64,000 nucleotides of DNA from Octopus sinensis (taxonomy: Eukaryota), in NCBI RefSeq assembly GCF_006345805.1, contig NC_042997.1, positions 180,420,001 to 180,484,000 on the forward strand, in the 5' to 3' direction. Positions 12,626 through 26,218 of this stretch are shown piece after piece (the first letter of the stretch is position 1; each line of letters opens with the position of its first letter). The notes below the pieces were generated by a model. It had not been told where the DNA came from. It ran no database searches and saw only the letters and a list, made by a program, of their open reading frames with translations. The translations under genes were made by a program, and so were the position numbers.

Positions 12626-14132
12626 GTATGTTATTTTATTCGAGGCAAATTATTTTATTCATTTAAGGCATGTACTTGTTCTATCCTTATTATAATCGAA
12701 AGTAATCAGGCAATTATTTCCGGCATTTGTGATATCATCCACTACGTACACCCAAAAAATAGTTCAAAATAAATAGCTTAGAATTTTAAAATATTATGCA
12801 GACGAATACTGCACCAAACTACATTTTACTACAACGAGCCTGGCAGAAAATGAATAATGTGAAAAAGTTGTATATACTGGAAATAGAACTATAAAACTTC
12901 TAATAACAGTAAAAACAGAAAGTCCAGTATAGACGGATGCAATACATCTTAAACAGATCGATAACAACCTAAATTTCTCAAAACGTTTTTCTAACTATTC
13001 ATCACCAATTTCTACTTCTTCCTTTAGTAGAATATAGTATTTCATGAGGATAGAGCTAAACTGTCTACAATTGGTATGCCCATCTAAACTAAAATCTTAA
13101 AGTAATGGCCTCTTCAAAAACCAAATGTGAAAAACAAAACAATCACTATTCAAATCAAGTGCAAATGGAATTGGAGCAATTAAGTATATTTCTGCTTTCT
13201 TCAAAATTTCTAGAGAATAACATGGAAAATACATATCTGAGAAGTCAAGAAGAATATGTATAGATTTACTTCAAATCAATTCAACGTGCATATTAACGCA
13301 TTTCTTAATATCAACTGACGACGAGACACTTATAGATCAGCTTTGAAATATATATGCAGTACGTGATAAAAAGCGTTTCGTCAATAGAAGCTTTTACCAT
13401 CGCTGCAGAAAAACTGGGGATTTTGCACAGTAAAAACAAACAGTATGTTACTGGTAAAAACCATACCATAAATACAGTCTAGGAATGCATGGCAGAATAA
13501 AGGGTCTGACGGCATTGTGAAATTCTTGGGAATATTTTATAATTGGAAGTTATTATAATGACTTAATAATATTGTAATTAAATTTTGAGATAAAACACAT
13601 ATGCATTATTCATATTTCCTTTTCAAATTAGTAACCCATTTTTCTTTTTAATTTACCCCCTGCAACGTTTGCACGTTTAATTAATTACCCATGCCAAATT
13701 TGATATAATCTATATTGAAACAATTACATTATGTAAAGCATATTTAAAATCCCTCAAAACATAACAACTTTTATTATCCATTAACTTTTGTATTCAATAT
13801 ATGATTCTAATTCTATAGTTATCGACTGCAACTATATTTTTTGTCATTTAAGTCTCACATTATAAATTACAAAGCGGAAGTAGCTAATATAGAAACTTTG
13901 GAAGCTTAAATAGTTATCAGAACATCGGGAAAAATGCTGTATTAGGTTTTTTTCCGACTCATTATGATTTTGTGTTATTTTGTTAATGCAAAGTAGGATA
14001 ATTTTCTAGTTTTATATTAGGTATATGTTGTTGTGACTAACGCTGAATCACATCGAAACGCCATCGAATTTTTTCATAAAAATTTTCATGTGAGTTTATA
14101 GCAGAGATTTATAACAAGTTAAACATTAATAA

Positions 14133-16270
14133 CACTGGTCAACAGCCGATTTTCATCAGGGATATTATACGGTGTTTTATATGTAGTTTTGTCCGCAGAT
14201 TTAGAAAATGTAATCTGTTTCCTTCTATCAGGCACAGTTTTTCTGATGAGATAAGGGAGGTATATAACTCCCATCAGCAGTATCACTACACGTAAACGTC
14301 TTATACAGGTAAATTCTGACTATGTCAAGGCATTCCAAAAACAGTCCTGATATATTTTGTCATGTGGGTGGTTCATTTACCATCAAAGCTCAGCGACGTG
14401 CCATCAAAAGGAAAATCAAGAAGATCTGCCAGTTATATTTTGGCTGCTCTCTCGGGGAAGAAGATAAGAGTTGGGCCCCGCACATCATCTGCTCAGTTTG
14501 TTCAAATGGACAAAGGGTTTGGCTAAATAAGGGGAATAGAGCAATGGCGTTTGCAATACCTATGATATGGAGAGAGCCAAAGGATCATTTCTTGGACTGT
14601 TATTTGTGCAACGTTAATGTATGTGGGATTACTGTAAAGACCAATCATAAGATTGTGCATCCCAACTTGGAATCAGCAAGAAGACCAGTACCACACAACG
14701 ATGATGATCTTGCTATTCCAATACCACCAGAAAATTGCCTTCAGATGTCTGACAAAGTTGTATTTCCTGAAGAAAAGATTACTGCTGTCGAAGACACCGA
14801 AGTGGGTGCATAATTCACGATTGAAAATGAAGACGTACCACAGAAATTTTCTCAAGGAGAGTTAAATGATTTAGTTACAGACTTTTCATTGTCGAAGGAT
14901 AAAGCTGAACTATTGGCCTACAAGAAAAGTGTCTGCTTAAGAAAGATGTTTGTATTACTCATTTCAGGAAGAGAAATAGGGGTCTGCCTTCATGCTTCTC
15001 TGTTGATGGCCCACTTTGTTTCAGTAATAACACTGAGGAGTTATTTAGCTGTTTGTTCCAAGAGCATGTTCCAGCTGAATGGCGCTTATTTACTGATTCA
15101 TCTAAGAGAAGCCTTAAAGCAGTACTACTACACAATGGCAGTAAGAAACCATCCAATCCCATAGGACACTCAGTGTACATGAAGGAGTGTTATGAATACA
15201 TGCATGTACTCCTCAATGCCATAAAGTATACAAACTACAGCTGGAAAATTTGTGGAGACTTGGAGGTGATTGGAATGTTGATGGGAATGCAATCCGTGTT
15301 CACCAAATATTGTTGCTTTTTATGCCTATAGGACAATCGTGCAACTAACAAGCACTATGTGCAATCAGAGTGGCCTTTGCGAAAATCATATGAGTTTCTA
15401 GCGTCCAGAGTAAGCCACTTTTAAACCCATAAAATGTTCTTCTTCCCCCTCTTCACATAAAGTTCGGCCTCATGAAACAATTCGTGGAGACACTTGCCAG
15501 GAAAAGCTCAAAAGGTCTTGAATATGTGAAGGCTAAATTTCCAAAAATCCCCGAGGCAAAACTGAAGGAGGGCGTATTCATAGGTCTGCAGATAAAAGAA
15601 CTCCTGAAGGACAACCACTTCCTCACAGAACTGGATGAGATTGAGCTTAAAGCCTGGGAATCCTTCAAATGGCTCTGTGAGAATTTCCCAGGCAACAAGA
15701 AATCTCTAGAATTTAGAAATAGAGTAAAATCTCTTCTAGACTCCTACGCTGCAATGGACTGTTGGATGTCGCTAAAAGTCCATTTCCTTGATTCACATCT
15801 GGACTTTGTTGCAGAATACCTAGGAGCAGTGTCCGATGACAAGGGGAACGCTTTCATCAAGATATTGCATCGATGGAACAACGTTATCAAGGATTTGGGA
15901 ATGCAGGAATGTTAGCTGACTACTGTTGGATGTTATACAGGGATGAACCTGAGACAAAACACCATAGAAAGTCCAAATCACAAAGTTTTTAAGCTGTTAT
16001 GCATTTAAGTGTATTCTAACTTATTTGTACACAATAATTTTAATTTTGTACAATAAAAAGCCATGAAATTATCGTATCTTGTATTCAATATACTTTATAT
16101 AGACATGCTTTACGTATCCTATAAGGGAAAACAGCGGGTATCATTAGCACGCAAATGTGACCAGATAGAGGACGTCGGACTTAAGATTTGTAATCAGCAT
16201 CAAAAGTTAACACAGAAAAGTCAATCAGCAACTCTGATGATTAAAAAAAGTTTCATTTTGTTGACCAGTG
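14133..16270 (+). mobile_element. Full-length Chapaev3-type (CMC superfamily) DNA transposon
   Basis: Perfect 12-bp TIRs CACTGGTCAACA (14133-14144) and TGTTGACCAGTG (16259-16270); TAA on both flanks, matching the TWA TSD of Chapaev3; internal transposase remnant. Confidence 0.9.
14322..15992 (+). pseudogene. Chapaev3 transposase, disrupted by stops and frameshifts
   Basis: ORF pieces 14322-14813 (WAPHIICSVC..PMIWREPKDH..DCYLC), 15053-15331 (WKICGDLEVI..TKYCCFLC) and 15472-15915 (KLKEGVFIG..SLKVHFLDSHLD..GAVSD); tail MLADYCWML..HRKSKSQSF* ends at 15992. Confidence 0.9.
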
Positions 16271-17764
16271 TAATTTTATATATTCCAAATATTGTAGCAC
16301 ATAAAAATTCAATTCCTAACCAAAACCTTAATAGTTACTTGAGCAATCACAACCTGAAGCAATATTTAGCGTATGTGAACATTCCAGAAGGTATTCACTG
16401 TAACAAGAGATTTCGTTCGCATCGAACAATTTTCAATTATATTTGTGAAAGGGGAATAATTTCAAAGCTTACATTTAAACATTATATAATACGAGCGTAG
16501 CAATATTTATAAGAAGAAATGTTACCCGATAATTTACTATACAAGTAATCTTTTATAAAGCAATTTTCTACCTTTTGTTTAAGAGAAATAAATGTAAACC
16601 GGTAACCTTGCATATAATAGTATTCATTCGAATACTATTCATTCGAAACTTGCACAAACCGTATGTGTGTCAATCGCAGATATTCTTTTCGAAGTGCAAA
16701 TAAGTATACTTTGTTATCATTTGAAATAAGACTAAAAGTCATTACCAGGTTTATCCTTGATGTATGCAAGTACGCATAAATTGATATGCCATGGAGTTTT
16801 ATCCATATTTCAGCGATTTTAAAAGTGATGATTCCTCTAATAATTAGATTAATATTGCAGAAATATAAATATAAAAATGTGTTTAAAGCCTTAGGTGGGA
16901 TTCAAAGAAATTGCCTTTAGTAGAATATCTAATATTTTAGTTGGAAAGCAAAATGGGCTTTATCAGTCATATAGATTTTAATGTGAACGTTTATAGTCAC
17001 TTTTCTAATCAAAATGTTTAAATCTAAGTTGCATGTAAATGTGTGTATCCACGACCAATGTGTATATAAGTGTATGTGTGCTTATGTGTTCGCGCATTCT
17101 TGTGTGTTTATATGTGTGTGTTCGTGTGTGTATGTGTATATCAATAGATGTGTGATATATAGATTAAAATTATATTCATATTTTCCATTAAAAAATAGTT
17201 ACTTTTTAAAATTTTTACTATCAAGTTTGGTAATCCTTAAGAGATTACGAGCGAAATTGAATCTATTGTAATTTTTTTATGTGCGTACTATATTTCTTTA
17301 AGTGCAGATGTTAATAATAATTGCGTTAGGAATTTTAAGCGAACATTGCCGTTCAATATTTATAATTATGTAATGAAACGAGTTCTGAATGCGTTCCTAA
17401 ATACATTATTTCTTTGGAAATATTCCGGTGGAAAATAAATAGCATTTCAGTATGTAAGATGATGCTGTTTGCAAAATTTAATAGGAATGATAAATACAGA
17501 GAACCAGATCAGGTAGATATATACATATAGATATCAGGATTTATCTTTAAAGTTCCACCAAATGCTGTAAGGAAGTGGTGCATTATTAAATGCCAAAGAC
17601 GTGAAGCTATAAAGCAACATGGAGATTAGAAGATAAGTATTTGTGCTTATGAATGAAGTGGTCGATGCTTTTAAGTTCATACATATCACACTGCATGATG
17701 ATGTCCTCCTACTCCATTTCATCTCATGTAACATGTGATTTGTGATTTTCAGAGTCACGGAAGC

Positions 17765-18660
17765 ATAGATCTGTTGTCGCAATAATTAAGGTAGCCATGA
17801 TTTCGATCAGTTTTATTTAAACCCCTGTGTGTTCGAGCTAAATCTGGCGATATTTTGTCTCTTTTTTTCTTCAGAAACGGCTTGATGTATTGATGAACAG
17901 TCACTGGCGCTCGAGGACATAAAGACTAAGGTTATACTTGAGAAAAAGAAATCTGACATGGTGAACCGGAAGCATTCTCAATATTGGAAAACTGTTACAT
18001 GTATAATAATGATTCGCGTCGGGTATCCCAATGTTGATATCATGTCCGCTGCTCAATGTTCTGCGAACATCATAAAATCTGTAAGACATGGTATGGTCTG
18101 CTGCTGCGGAGGCTTACAACCCATTGCCAGCAGGAGCGTCATGGTGTTTGTGATTATCACCAGTGATGGTGTTATCATGCAGCCTACATCTTTGAACAGA
18201 GTCTTAGGCACAATTCAGACGTCTATGTAAAGTTACTAGAGACTGTGGTCAGACCCTGGCTCGAGTGGATTGCAGGTTGGATGCCATATGGGAAGCATCA
18301 GACCTCTGGAAAGAGTAAGAAGCGGTAATCTGGGAATTTCAACGACTTCACAAACTCTGATTCCTGTTGCAAAAGACATTAGCTACTGTACTTGCAACAT
18401 CAAAGGCCGAGATGGTAGCGAAAAGCAAGTAGGTATTCCAAAGTCTTTCCAGGACATGGTGAGTAGTACATGCGCCAGGTTCCAGCGGAGCTGCCTTGAG
18501 GTTATGATTGAAGAAACCTACTCTGATTAAACAGTTATCTCCCAGCCATATTCTAACTGAAATGTTTTCATTTTTTAAAATATCTATGTATTTGGATGGG
18601 ATGTGGGGGTTTATATGCCTTTCATGCAAACTATTAAATTTACCCTCAAATCCCTGTCAC
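17765..18660 (+). mobile_element. Degenerate Tc1/mariner element, DD37D (maT)-like, internally deleted
   Basis: Broken frame with an HTH-like N-terminus (IMIRVGYPNVDI..) and SVMVFVIITSDGVIMQP..VYVKLLETVVRPWL..CARF; catalytic residues partly lost; ends approximate. Confidence 0.7.
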
Positions 18661-18689
18661 TTATATACCTATCATAAACAGGCCGAAAC

Positions 18690-18693
18690 ATAT

Positions 18694-18737
<44 letters not shown>

Positions 18738-18751
18738 ATATAATATATATA

Positions 18752-18787
<36 letters not shown>

Positions 18788-18870
18788 TGTATGTATGTAT
18801 GTATGTATGTATGTATGTATGTATGTATGTATCTATGTGTGTATTTTATATATGTATATATGTATGTATG
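18690..18870. repeat. (TA)n/(TATG)n microsatellite
   Basis: Direct reading. Confidence 0.95.
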
Positions 18871-19061
18871 CAAATAATTCAGCAGAAAATATTTGCGAAG
18901 ATACCATCAAAACTATTATAATCTAGACTAAAATAATTAAATTGATAATAATAGAATTAATAATATAGGTGAATGCAGGCCCAAAAAGGCATTAAATAGC
19001 TAAAGAATTAAAATTTATTTATAATTTTTATATATATATATTCTATGCATATCATCTAAAA

Positions 19062-19285
19062 GGCGGCGAACTGGCAGAAACGTTAGCACGCCGGGCGAAA
19101 TGTTTAGCGGTGTTTCGTCTGCCATTACGTTCTGAGTTCAACTTCCGCCGAGGTCGGCTTTGCCTTTCGTTCTGCCTGCGTCGATTAAATAGGTGCCAGT
19201 TACGCACTGGGTCGATGTAATCGACTTTGTCTGTCCTTGTTTGACTCTCTATGTTTAGCCCCCTGTGGGCAATAAAGAAATAAAT
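19062..19285 (+). mobile_element. tRNA-derived SINE, family B
   Basis: GGCGGCGAACTGGCAGAAACG (A-box-like), GAGTTCAACTTCC (B-box-like), A-rich end. Confidence 0.85.
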
Positions 19286-21314
19286 ATATATGCACATATA
19301 TATGTGTGTGTATATTTGACATTTGACAGACCAACTGTATATTTCATGTCTGGCTGAAAGCATTTCTCAACTTTACACAATATATTGTGTCCTACATCAG
19401 ATATTGTTTGCACTTTGTAGACTCTTACATTACGATACACACAAAATCACGCATCTGTTTATTTCTATAGAATTATTCTGAGTGGGAGACAGAAAATATG
19501 CATTACTTGTTTGTAACTTGGCCGTGCCAGTTCCTACACACATATGTTCGAGACAGTGTACGAATGTTCTTACGTAAACTGGTATAGTACCCATCTGAGC
19601 TAAATAATATGCCATTCTGTAGACATAATACCAACACAGTCTTCTTACTGGGTCATAGTGTTCCTCTAGTGTTTATTTTAGAGTTTGTTATTACACTATA
19701 GAAATAAGTGTCTGTTTCAGTGCTGCTGTTCCAGTGTGCATTGCATTTTTAAATAATACTGAAAGCTATCCCGCCTTAAAAAAGGTTCCGTTTGTTTCAC
19801 ACGCGGTCTTTCGTGGCAACTCTTAGGCTTTAGTGAATTTTAACTTTACAGTAAACTTATGAGTGTATGCCTTACTTTTCAACCATTTTCACAGGAGTCA
19901 CTATCAAAAAAGTGAAAGATTATCTATTAACTCATACATCATCTATTAAATAGATTTTCCTGATTTTATATGTTTGATTTTTAACCTATATCATCTGAAT
20001 ATTTTCTTAACTCTATTAATTATTATCACCTCTATGTCTCTGTACTTCCCATTCTTTGTCTGACTTTGTTTCCCTATCTATGGTGCTTCAGTGTGCGGCT
20101 GATTTCGAATATGTTTGTATGCATGCTTGGAAGTGTGTGTCTGCGTACAAGTGTCTATTTAGCATACAGCTTTACAGACAAATGCTGTCGTGCACAAGTA
20201 TATTCAATGAAACATTTTTAGACTATGTATTATTATGAAGTTCACTTAGGAACTACTTAAATTCGTTTTTTATTCAGCACTTAGAGAAAATGTCTTCTAA
20301 CATGCGTTCGTTATCATCGGGTCAATTTGAATCTAAGCATTCTAGACATGTCATTAGTCTGATGATACCTATATTTTTTCCTCCCATGCTCCTGAATATG
20401 GTCGTGAATTTGCACTTATCACAAGCTAAATCTTTAAAAAGTCTTTAACATTTCAAATTGCCTTATTCTAGAACTCATAATATCGATACACAACAGAGCC
20501 TTATCCTAGAACTCTTAGTTGCCTTATTCTAGAACTCATGATATCGGTACACGACAGAATCAGTCGCTAGATTATACTACTCAACGGAGTGTTATACCAA
20601 GATATGGAATCAATATATAGTGATAGAATAAGGAAAACATTCTACAATATATAATTGTGTCAAATAAGTTTAAGGTAGTTTTGAGATGTATCGTTTTTAT
20701 TCGACATCAACTCCAATTTTGGACTCCCAAACCTTAGATGATTATAACACAATATTTCGCAATATAAGCTCATTACGCATTATTAAAACTATTAACTTTC
20801 CTAAAAACAACAAATGTAAACGTGAATTTCGATGCCCATTTATCTATATGTTACCCATTTGTTTAGCCGTTCCTCATTTATACATTACTAAAATGATTAC
20901 ACCATATTATCCAATCTCTCAACAGGTATTTCTATTCTAACAAAACCAATATAAGTTTTTTAACTAATACTAACATCGCGTATATGAAACAACTGTTGCA
21001 ATGGTTGGGCAACTCATTTCCTAACACCAGCAACTCAATCGCATTCAATAATGTTTTTCAAACCATAATCCAACGAGGCAACCTTTAAGTGGTGCTCGAA
21101 TAGGTAGAAATAATCCTAAATTTGCAGGCTCCCTTCGGAAAGGAACAGATAGTTAGAATAATGCACTTGAAATAACGAGATGGTCTATTCACGAATTCCT
21201 TTCATCAAAGGTCTGCTTCATGAGGGCTGCATTGTCCGTTGCTCAACTTCCCTCATTACAAAGTAAGCGGATTTAATATATTTTTCATAAATATATATTA
21301 AAATGGAAGCTTGA

Positions 21315-21379
<65 letters not shown>

Positions 21380-21467
21380 CATTATTATTATTATTATTGC
21401 TATTAGTATTATTATTATAATTATTATTATTATTATTATTATTATCATCATTATTATTATTATTATT

Positions 21468-21502
<35 letters not shown>

Positions 21503-21590
21503 TAAGAAGAAGAAGAAGAAGAAAGAAGAAGAAGAAGAAGAAGAAGAAGAAGAAAAACAACAACAATAATAATAGTAATAGTAATAATAT
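21315..21590. repeat. Compound (ATT)n-(AAT)n-(AAG)n-(AAC)n microsatellite
   Basis: Direct reading. Confidence 0.95.
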
Positions 21591-22443
21591 ATTAGCTGCT
21601 GTTTAATTAAATTATCAAATTGTTCTAATTATATCTTTATCTAATCAGCAGATGATGTAATATATCACATACATCTAAGGGCTAAATTTATAGTAATCAG
21701 ATTTCGTCTATTTAATAATCTCCATAAAGTTAAGAGAATAGGGCAAATGATTAGTTGAATAATGCCTCACATATTTTTTCTAAAATTTTGAAAGGGAAAA
21801 TTAAGTTATCGATATTAACCGTCAAGTCAAAAGAGATATGAATAATTAGTCTTTCATACAAATCTAACTTGTAAGAGAGAATATATCTTCTAGCATGTCT
21901 GCCCTCGTGTGAAGAATCTCTCATGAAAAACTGCCAAGAGCTGGAATGGGATATCCGTAATTTAAATGTAACCGAAGATTCTTCCCAAGAGGCGATTTCT
22001 AAATGCTTGCCACAATGATCTGAAACAATGTCAGTGATACATTTCTGATTGCTCTTTCAGAAATATGACATGTTTCTATTGAATTGATTGTAATTTTAAC
22101 ATTATGATTAAGCTACAAATTTTCCTGAACTTTGAAGTTCAGCAAACACCGTGAACTTCAAAGAATTAGACTTTGTTTTTGCTATTTCGTTATTCAGAAG
22201 CGATAGTGGGGTACTTAGTCTCATTATTTTCATTATTTAATAGTGGATAAATATGTTCGATTAATTCACTTTCGCCAATATACGAACGCTGGCTGATATC
22301 AAAATTCTCTAGACAGCAGAATCTGATACAACAGGTTGTTGTAAGCGCTGGCAAAAGTTATGTAACAAAGCTCATTCATTTGTATGTATGAAGCTGGTGT
22401 TTCGTGAATGTTTTGTCGCTTGGGTTGTGTTGTGTTGTTGTCG

Positions 22444-22821
22444 GCTGGTTGAGCTGATAAATCAAAATACTTTCTTCGGCTGCGTTAAAAAGCAACTGAA
22501 CAACACCCGCGAACATTTAACACGATATCTTATAATTGCACGTACACAAACAACAACAGCAATGATTACATACTGAAAAACATGTATTGCTTGAGGTGTA
22601 CAGAAAGCCACTACTGCGGCAATATGCTGCTTGTCCAACACAGTTGGAAACAATCGTGCTATATACGTCGCGACGGATGTTGTTAGTCATTTGTCTGTGC
22701 AGTCAATGTGGGCCGTCTGCTGTGGCAAGAATGTGGACACATATAGCACGACTGCCTTAACCTTTTGCAATTAATTATCTCCAAAAGCAGCTTTTTGTAG
22801 GGTACAAAAAGATTCTAGAAG
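22444..22821. repeat. Copy 1 of a diverged local direct duplication
   Basis: Collinear similarity to 24265-24660, e.g. a 33/37 match over 22755-22791 vs 24591-24627. Confidence 0.85.
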
Positions 22822-24264
22822 ACTGCATTTCCTCATGTCTTCACGCTACTCAGTTGCTTAGTAGATCGATCCAATGGAACTCGTGTTGCCTGACCACGAA
22901 TCCAGGGATTCGTTTTGGAATCCCAGCTACAGCAGCATCATTAGTGAATGTACTAAGAACGGACCAATAAAAAAAAAGAATTTACATGAAGAAAGAACAG
23001 TGCATATAGACATGAGTAAAATCTAAATTTTAAAACTAACTGGCAATACAGACAAGTAGGAAAATATTGAAATACAAACTACAAAACAAAGGGAAAGCAA
23101 ATGAAATATTATCCACATTCAGAGTTCGTGAGTACTAAATCCCTTTGAAATGCGAAACACATGCAAATAGAGAAAACAGCTCTTAGAAATGTAAATTATA
23201 AGAACAGTAAGTATTATAAATACAGAGACAGTTTATAATCGCCAGGAAATATGGAACTCCATATAGTTTGCATGCGTGTATGAAAATGACTACAAATGAA
23301 GTCTGCAGAAAAGTTGGACATGTCTGTTGCATGTATATAAATGTGTTTGTGAACGAATGATGTTTGCAGGGCTAGACAATTTCTTCAAATTTTAAGCAAT
23401 TATGAATTCGAAGGTAAACATAAAAATATACACAGAACAAGTTACTGGGAGTCTCTTTTTCTAAATCGTGTGTTCAAAACAGTTTTGTTGCAATTCGCTA
23501 TGCGAAATACAACTGTCTGGTCCATGTTCACTGCTAGTTTTACAGAAAAAATGTTTCAGCGCCTTTCATATGCCATATACCCTCTGTAACCTTTTGTGTA
23601 TGTAATCAAGTTGTTTGCTGAGTATGCCTGCTGATTTTCCACACTGAAGTAGTTAATAGGAAAAAACATAGTTAAATGCGTTGAATGAACGAATTGTAGA
23701 CGTGTTTTGCCAGGCCATGAGAGTTGAGCGAACAAAATAACAAGGCAAGTGACATTATGCGTTTGTCAATCGTTAAATTCACTCTTCAATCTTCATACGA
23801 AAATTCGTCAGTTCAAATGAAATGGAAGAGATGTAAGTAAGATGATAAGCTTCTTCGATAGGAATATTTGAAGAGTAAATACCCACAATACCATGTGAAG
23901 CTGTTATTTTGTTTTTCTCTTAGAAACAGAAATTAGTTGAAACCACGCAAATGGAAGGATATAAAAGGATTGAATACTTACCGTTATAGCGAACTTGCAG
24001 AAGTTCAAGATCATCTTCATCCCGGATCACATTCAAGAGAAGAGTTTGCAAGGTAGACGTAACTGCTATCTCAAACAAAACAAAAGATACGCCTAAGCTA
24101 ACAGTGTTCTCAACGTCATAGCTTGCAGAGGTAGGATTTGCGGTAGTAAGAATTTGTATGTGTGACGACCATTGCAACTTTTGCTTTTCTCGACACAGTG
24201 TTAGTCGTGGAACATCAATATTGCTTTGGTTATTGTGGTGTTGTGGCCAGGTCTGTGGTAATTA

Positions 24265-24660
24265 CTGGTTGAGTTGATCAATGATAATTGGGGAGGGGCT
24301 GCGTGAAGAAGTAACTGAACAACACTCGCAAACATCTTACAGAAGATTTTATTATTGCACATAGTCAAAATACGTTTCTTTTCTACAAATAGCTGCAGCA
24401 ATAATAACATACTGGGGGTAATATACTGCTTGGAGGGTGGAGAATGTTACAACTGAAGCATCATGCGGCTGTCCAACATAACTGGAAACAATTGTGCTAT
24501 ATTTGTCTCCACAGAGTTTCTTGGTCATCGGTCTACGCCGTCTGTGCGGGCTGTCTGGTGTGGCAAGATTGGAGGCATATGACATAGTTACCTTAACCTT
24601 CTGCAATTAATTACCGCCAAAAGCCGCATTTTATAGAACACAAGAGTAAGATTTTAGAAG
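24265..24660. repeat. Copy 2 of a diverged local direct duplication
   Basis: Shares blocks such as ACTGAACAACAC and TGGAAACAAT.GTGCTATAT with 22444-22821. Confidence 0.85.
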
Positions 24661-25547
24661 CTTGAATCATGAGATGGCTTGATGCTGATCGGTTGTTGAA
24701 TAGACCGGTCACATGAAGCTCTTGTGATTTGCTCATAATGCCTAATCGTGTATCCATGGGTTTGTTTTCAAATCTGCGCTACCGTTTCATTTCCTGAGAG
24801 AAAACATCATTCTTCGTTAATAACATTGTTATCGTTTCTACCTCCGAGAAAATACGATTTTCCATCTTTAAAAATTCTGTCTCTGTATCTCTCTCGGTTT
24901 CCAGCTGTTTCACTCTCTCTCTCTCCCCCCTTGCCCTCTCACACTCCCTCTCTTTCTCTATCTCTCTCCACCCCTCACTCCATCTTCCTCAGGCGAATGT
25001 AAGCCATCAAGCATCAGGTTCCAGTTTTTCTCAAGATGTGCGAACTTATCCAAACTCACGATCATGACAGTTATCAATCAATACAGTTATTATTCATATA
25101 TTTAAAGTATAGGACATTAAAAATGCTATTTTTAGTAAAACAATGTATGAGGCAAACTATATTAATTGATGATTAATGTTATTTATATCCACCCGCTAGT
25201 TGCCGGAATCAATTCCTGTCGTGTTCTTTTATATCCTGATCGTCCCTGTGGTGATGTGACCATGAGCTAAGTAAATATAGAATATCATACTACGCTATAA
25301 GAATTCACAATGATAGTTATTATAATATAAAATAGGATATTGCATAGAGCGAATCGTTCGAGCTACAGAGAAAACCACATGCGATATTTGTTCCGAATTT
25401 TACTCAGAGTTCACACTGCTACTGTACGATTATTCCCTTTAATCCTACTGAAGGATATAAAATAAGGCTCCAGTCACGTTTTAGGCTCAATTTAATCGGT
25501 TACAAATGACACTGTGGAAGAAAATCTTTATTTTTCTTTGGTTAGTA

Positions 25548-25965
25548 AGGCGTAGAAATGGCTGTGTGGTAAGTAGCTTGATTACGAACCACATGGTTCC
25601 GAGTTCAGTCCAAATGCGTGGCACCTTGGGCAAGTGTCTTCTACTATAGCCTCGGGCCGACTAAAGCCTTGTGAGTGGATTTGGTAGACGGAAACTGAAA
25701 AAAGCCCGTCGTATATATGAATATATATATATGTGTTTGTGTGTGTGTGTGTGTGTGTTTGTGTGTCTGTGTTTGTCCCACTAACATCGTTTGACAGTTG
25801 ATGCAGGTGTGTTTACGTCCCCGTAACTTAGCGGTTCGGAGATAAGAGACTGATAGAATAAGTACTAGGCTTACAAAGAATAAGTCCTGGGGGTCGATAT
25901 GCTCGACTAAAGGTGGTGCTCCAGCATGGTCGAAGTCAAATGACTGAAACGAGTAAAAGAGTAAG
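25548..25965 (+). mobile_element. tRNA-derived SINE, family A, full length
   Basis: GGCTGTGTGGTAAG A-box, GAGTTCAGTCC B-box, internal TA/TG microsatellite, 3' GGTGGTGCTCCAGCATGG..ACTGAAAC tail. Confidence 0.9.
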
Positions 25966-26218
25966 TATTATTTCATATTTGTTTCTTTCTAGAAACCAAA
26001 GGATACGATTGTTTACTATTCCCTTAAAACTTTGCTTTTGTGACCTGGACTTGAACGTTTTGAAACTGATCTATTCTCCTTTATATTACAGACAGACACA
26101 ACATTGAGTTGCTGGTGCAGAATTCTAGTTATAGAAAATATCCTGCTCAATACCACAGATCTGCTTTTCGGTTACTTGACTTTAACCACTTGAGCATGTC
26201 CCTTAGTTGCTGACAATA

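Noticed and set aside
16063-16500. 145-aa ORF
   Set aside because: It runs across the Chapaev3 3' UTR and TIR into flanking DNA and has no recognisable motif.
17750-17930. Apparent small spliced exons with a strong acceptor at 17874
   Set aside because: They lie in the leader of the Tc1-like element, and all frames of the second piece are closed.
19574-19616. 43-nt minus-strand segment with plausible splice sites (NGILFSSDGYYTSL or MAYYLAQMGTIPVY)
   Set aside because: Too short and unrecognisable; similar chance candidates are common in this AT-rich DNA.
20460-20558. CRISPR-like repeat-spacer pattern
   Set aside because: Only three 17-bp repeats, spacers of 21 and 6 nt, a duplicated spacer, eukaryotic context and no cas genes.
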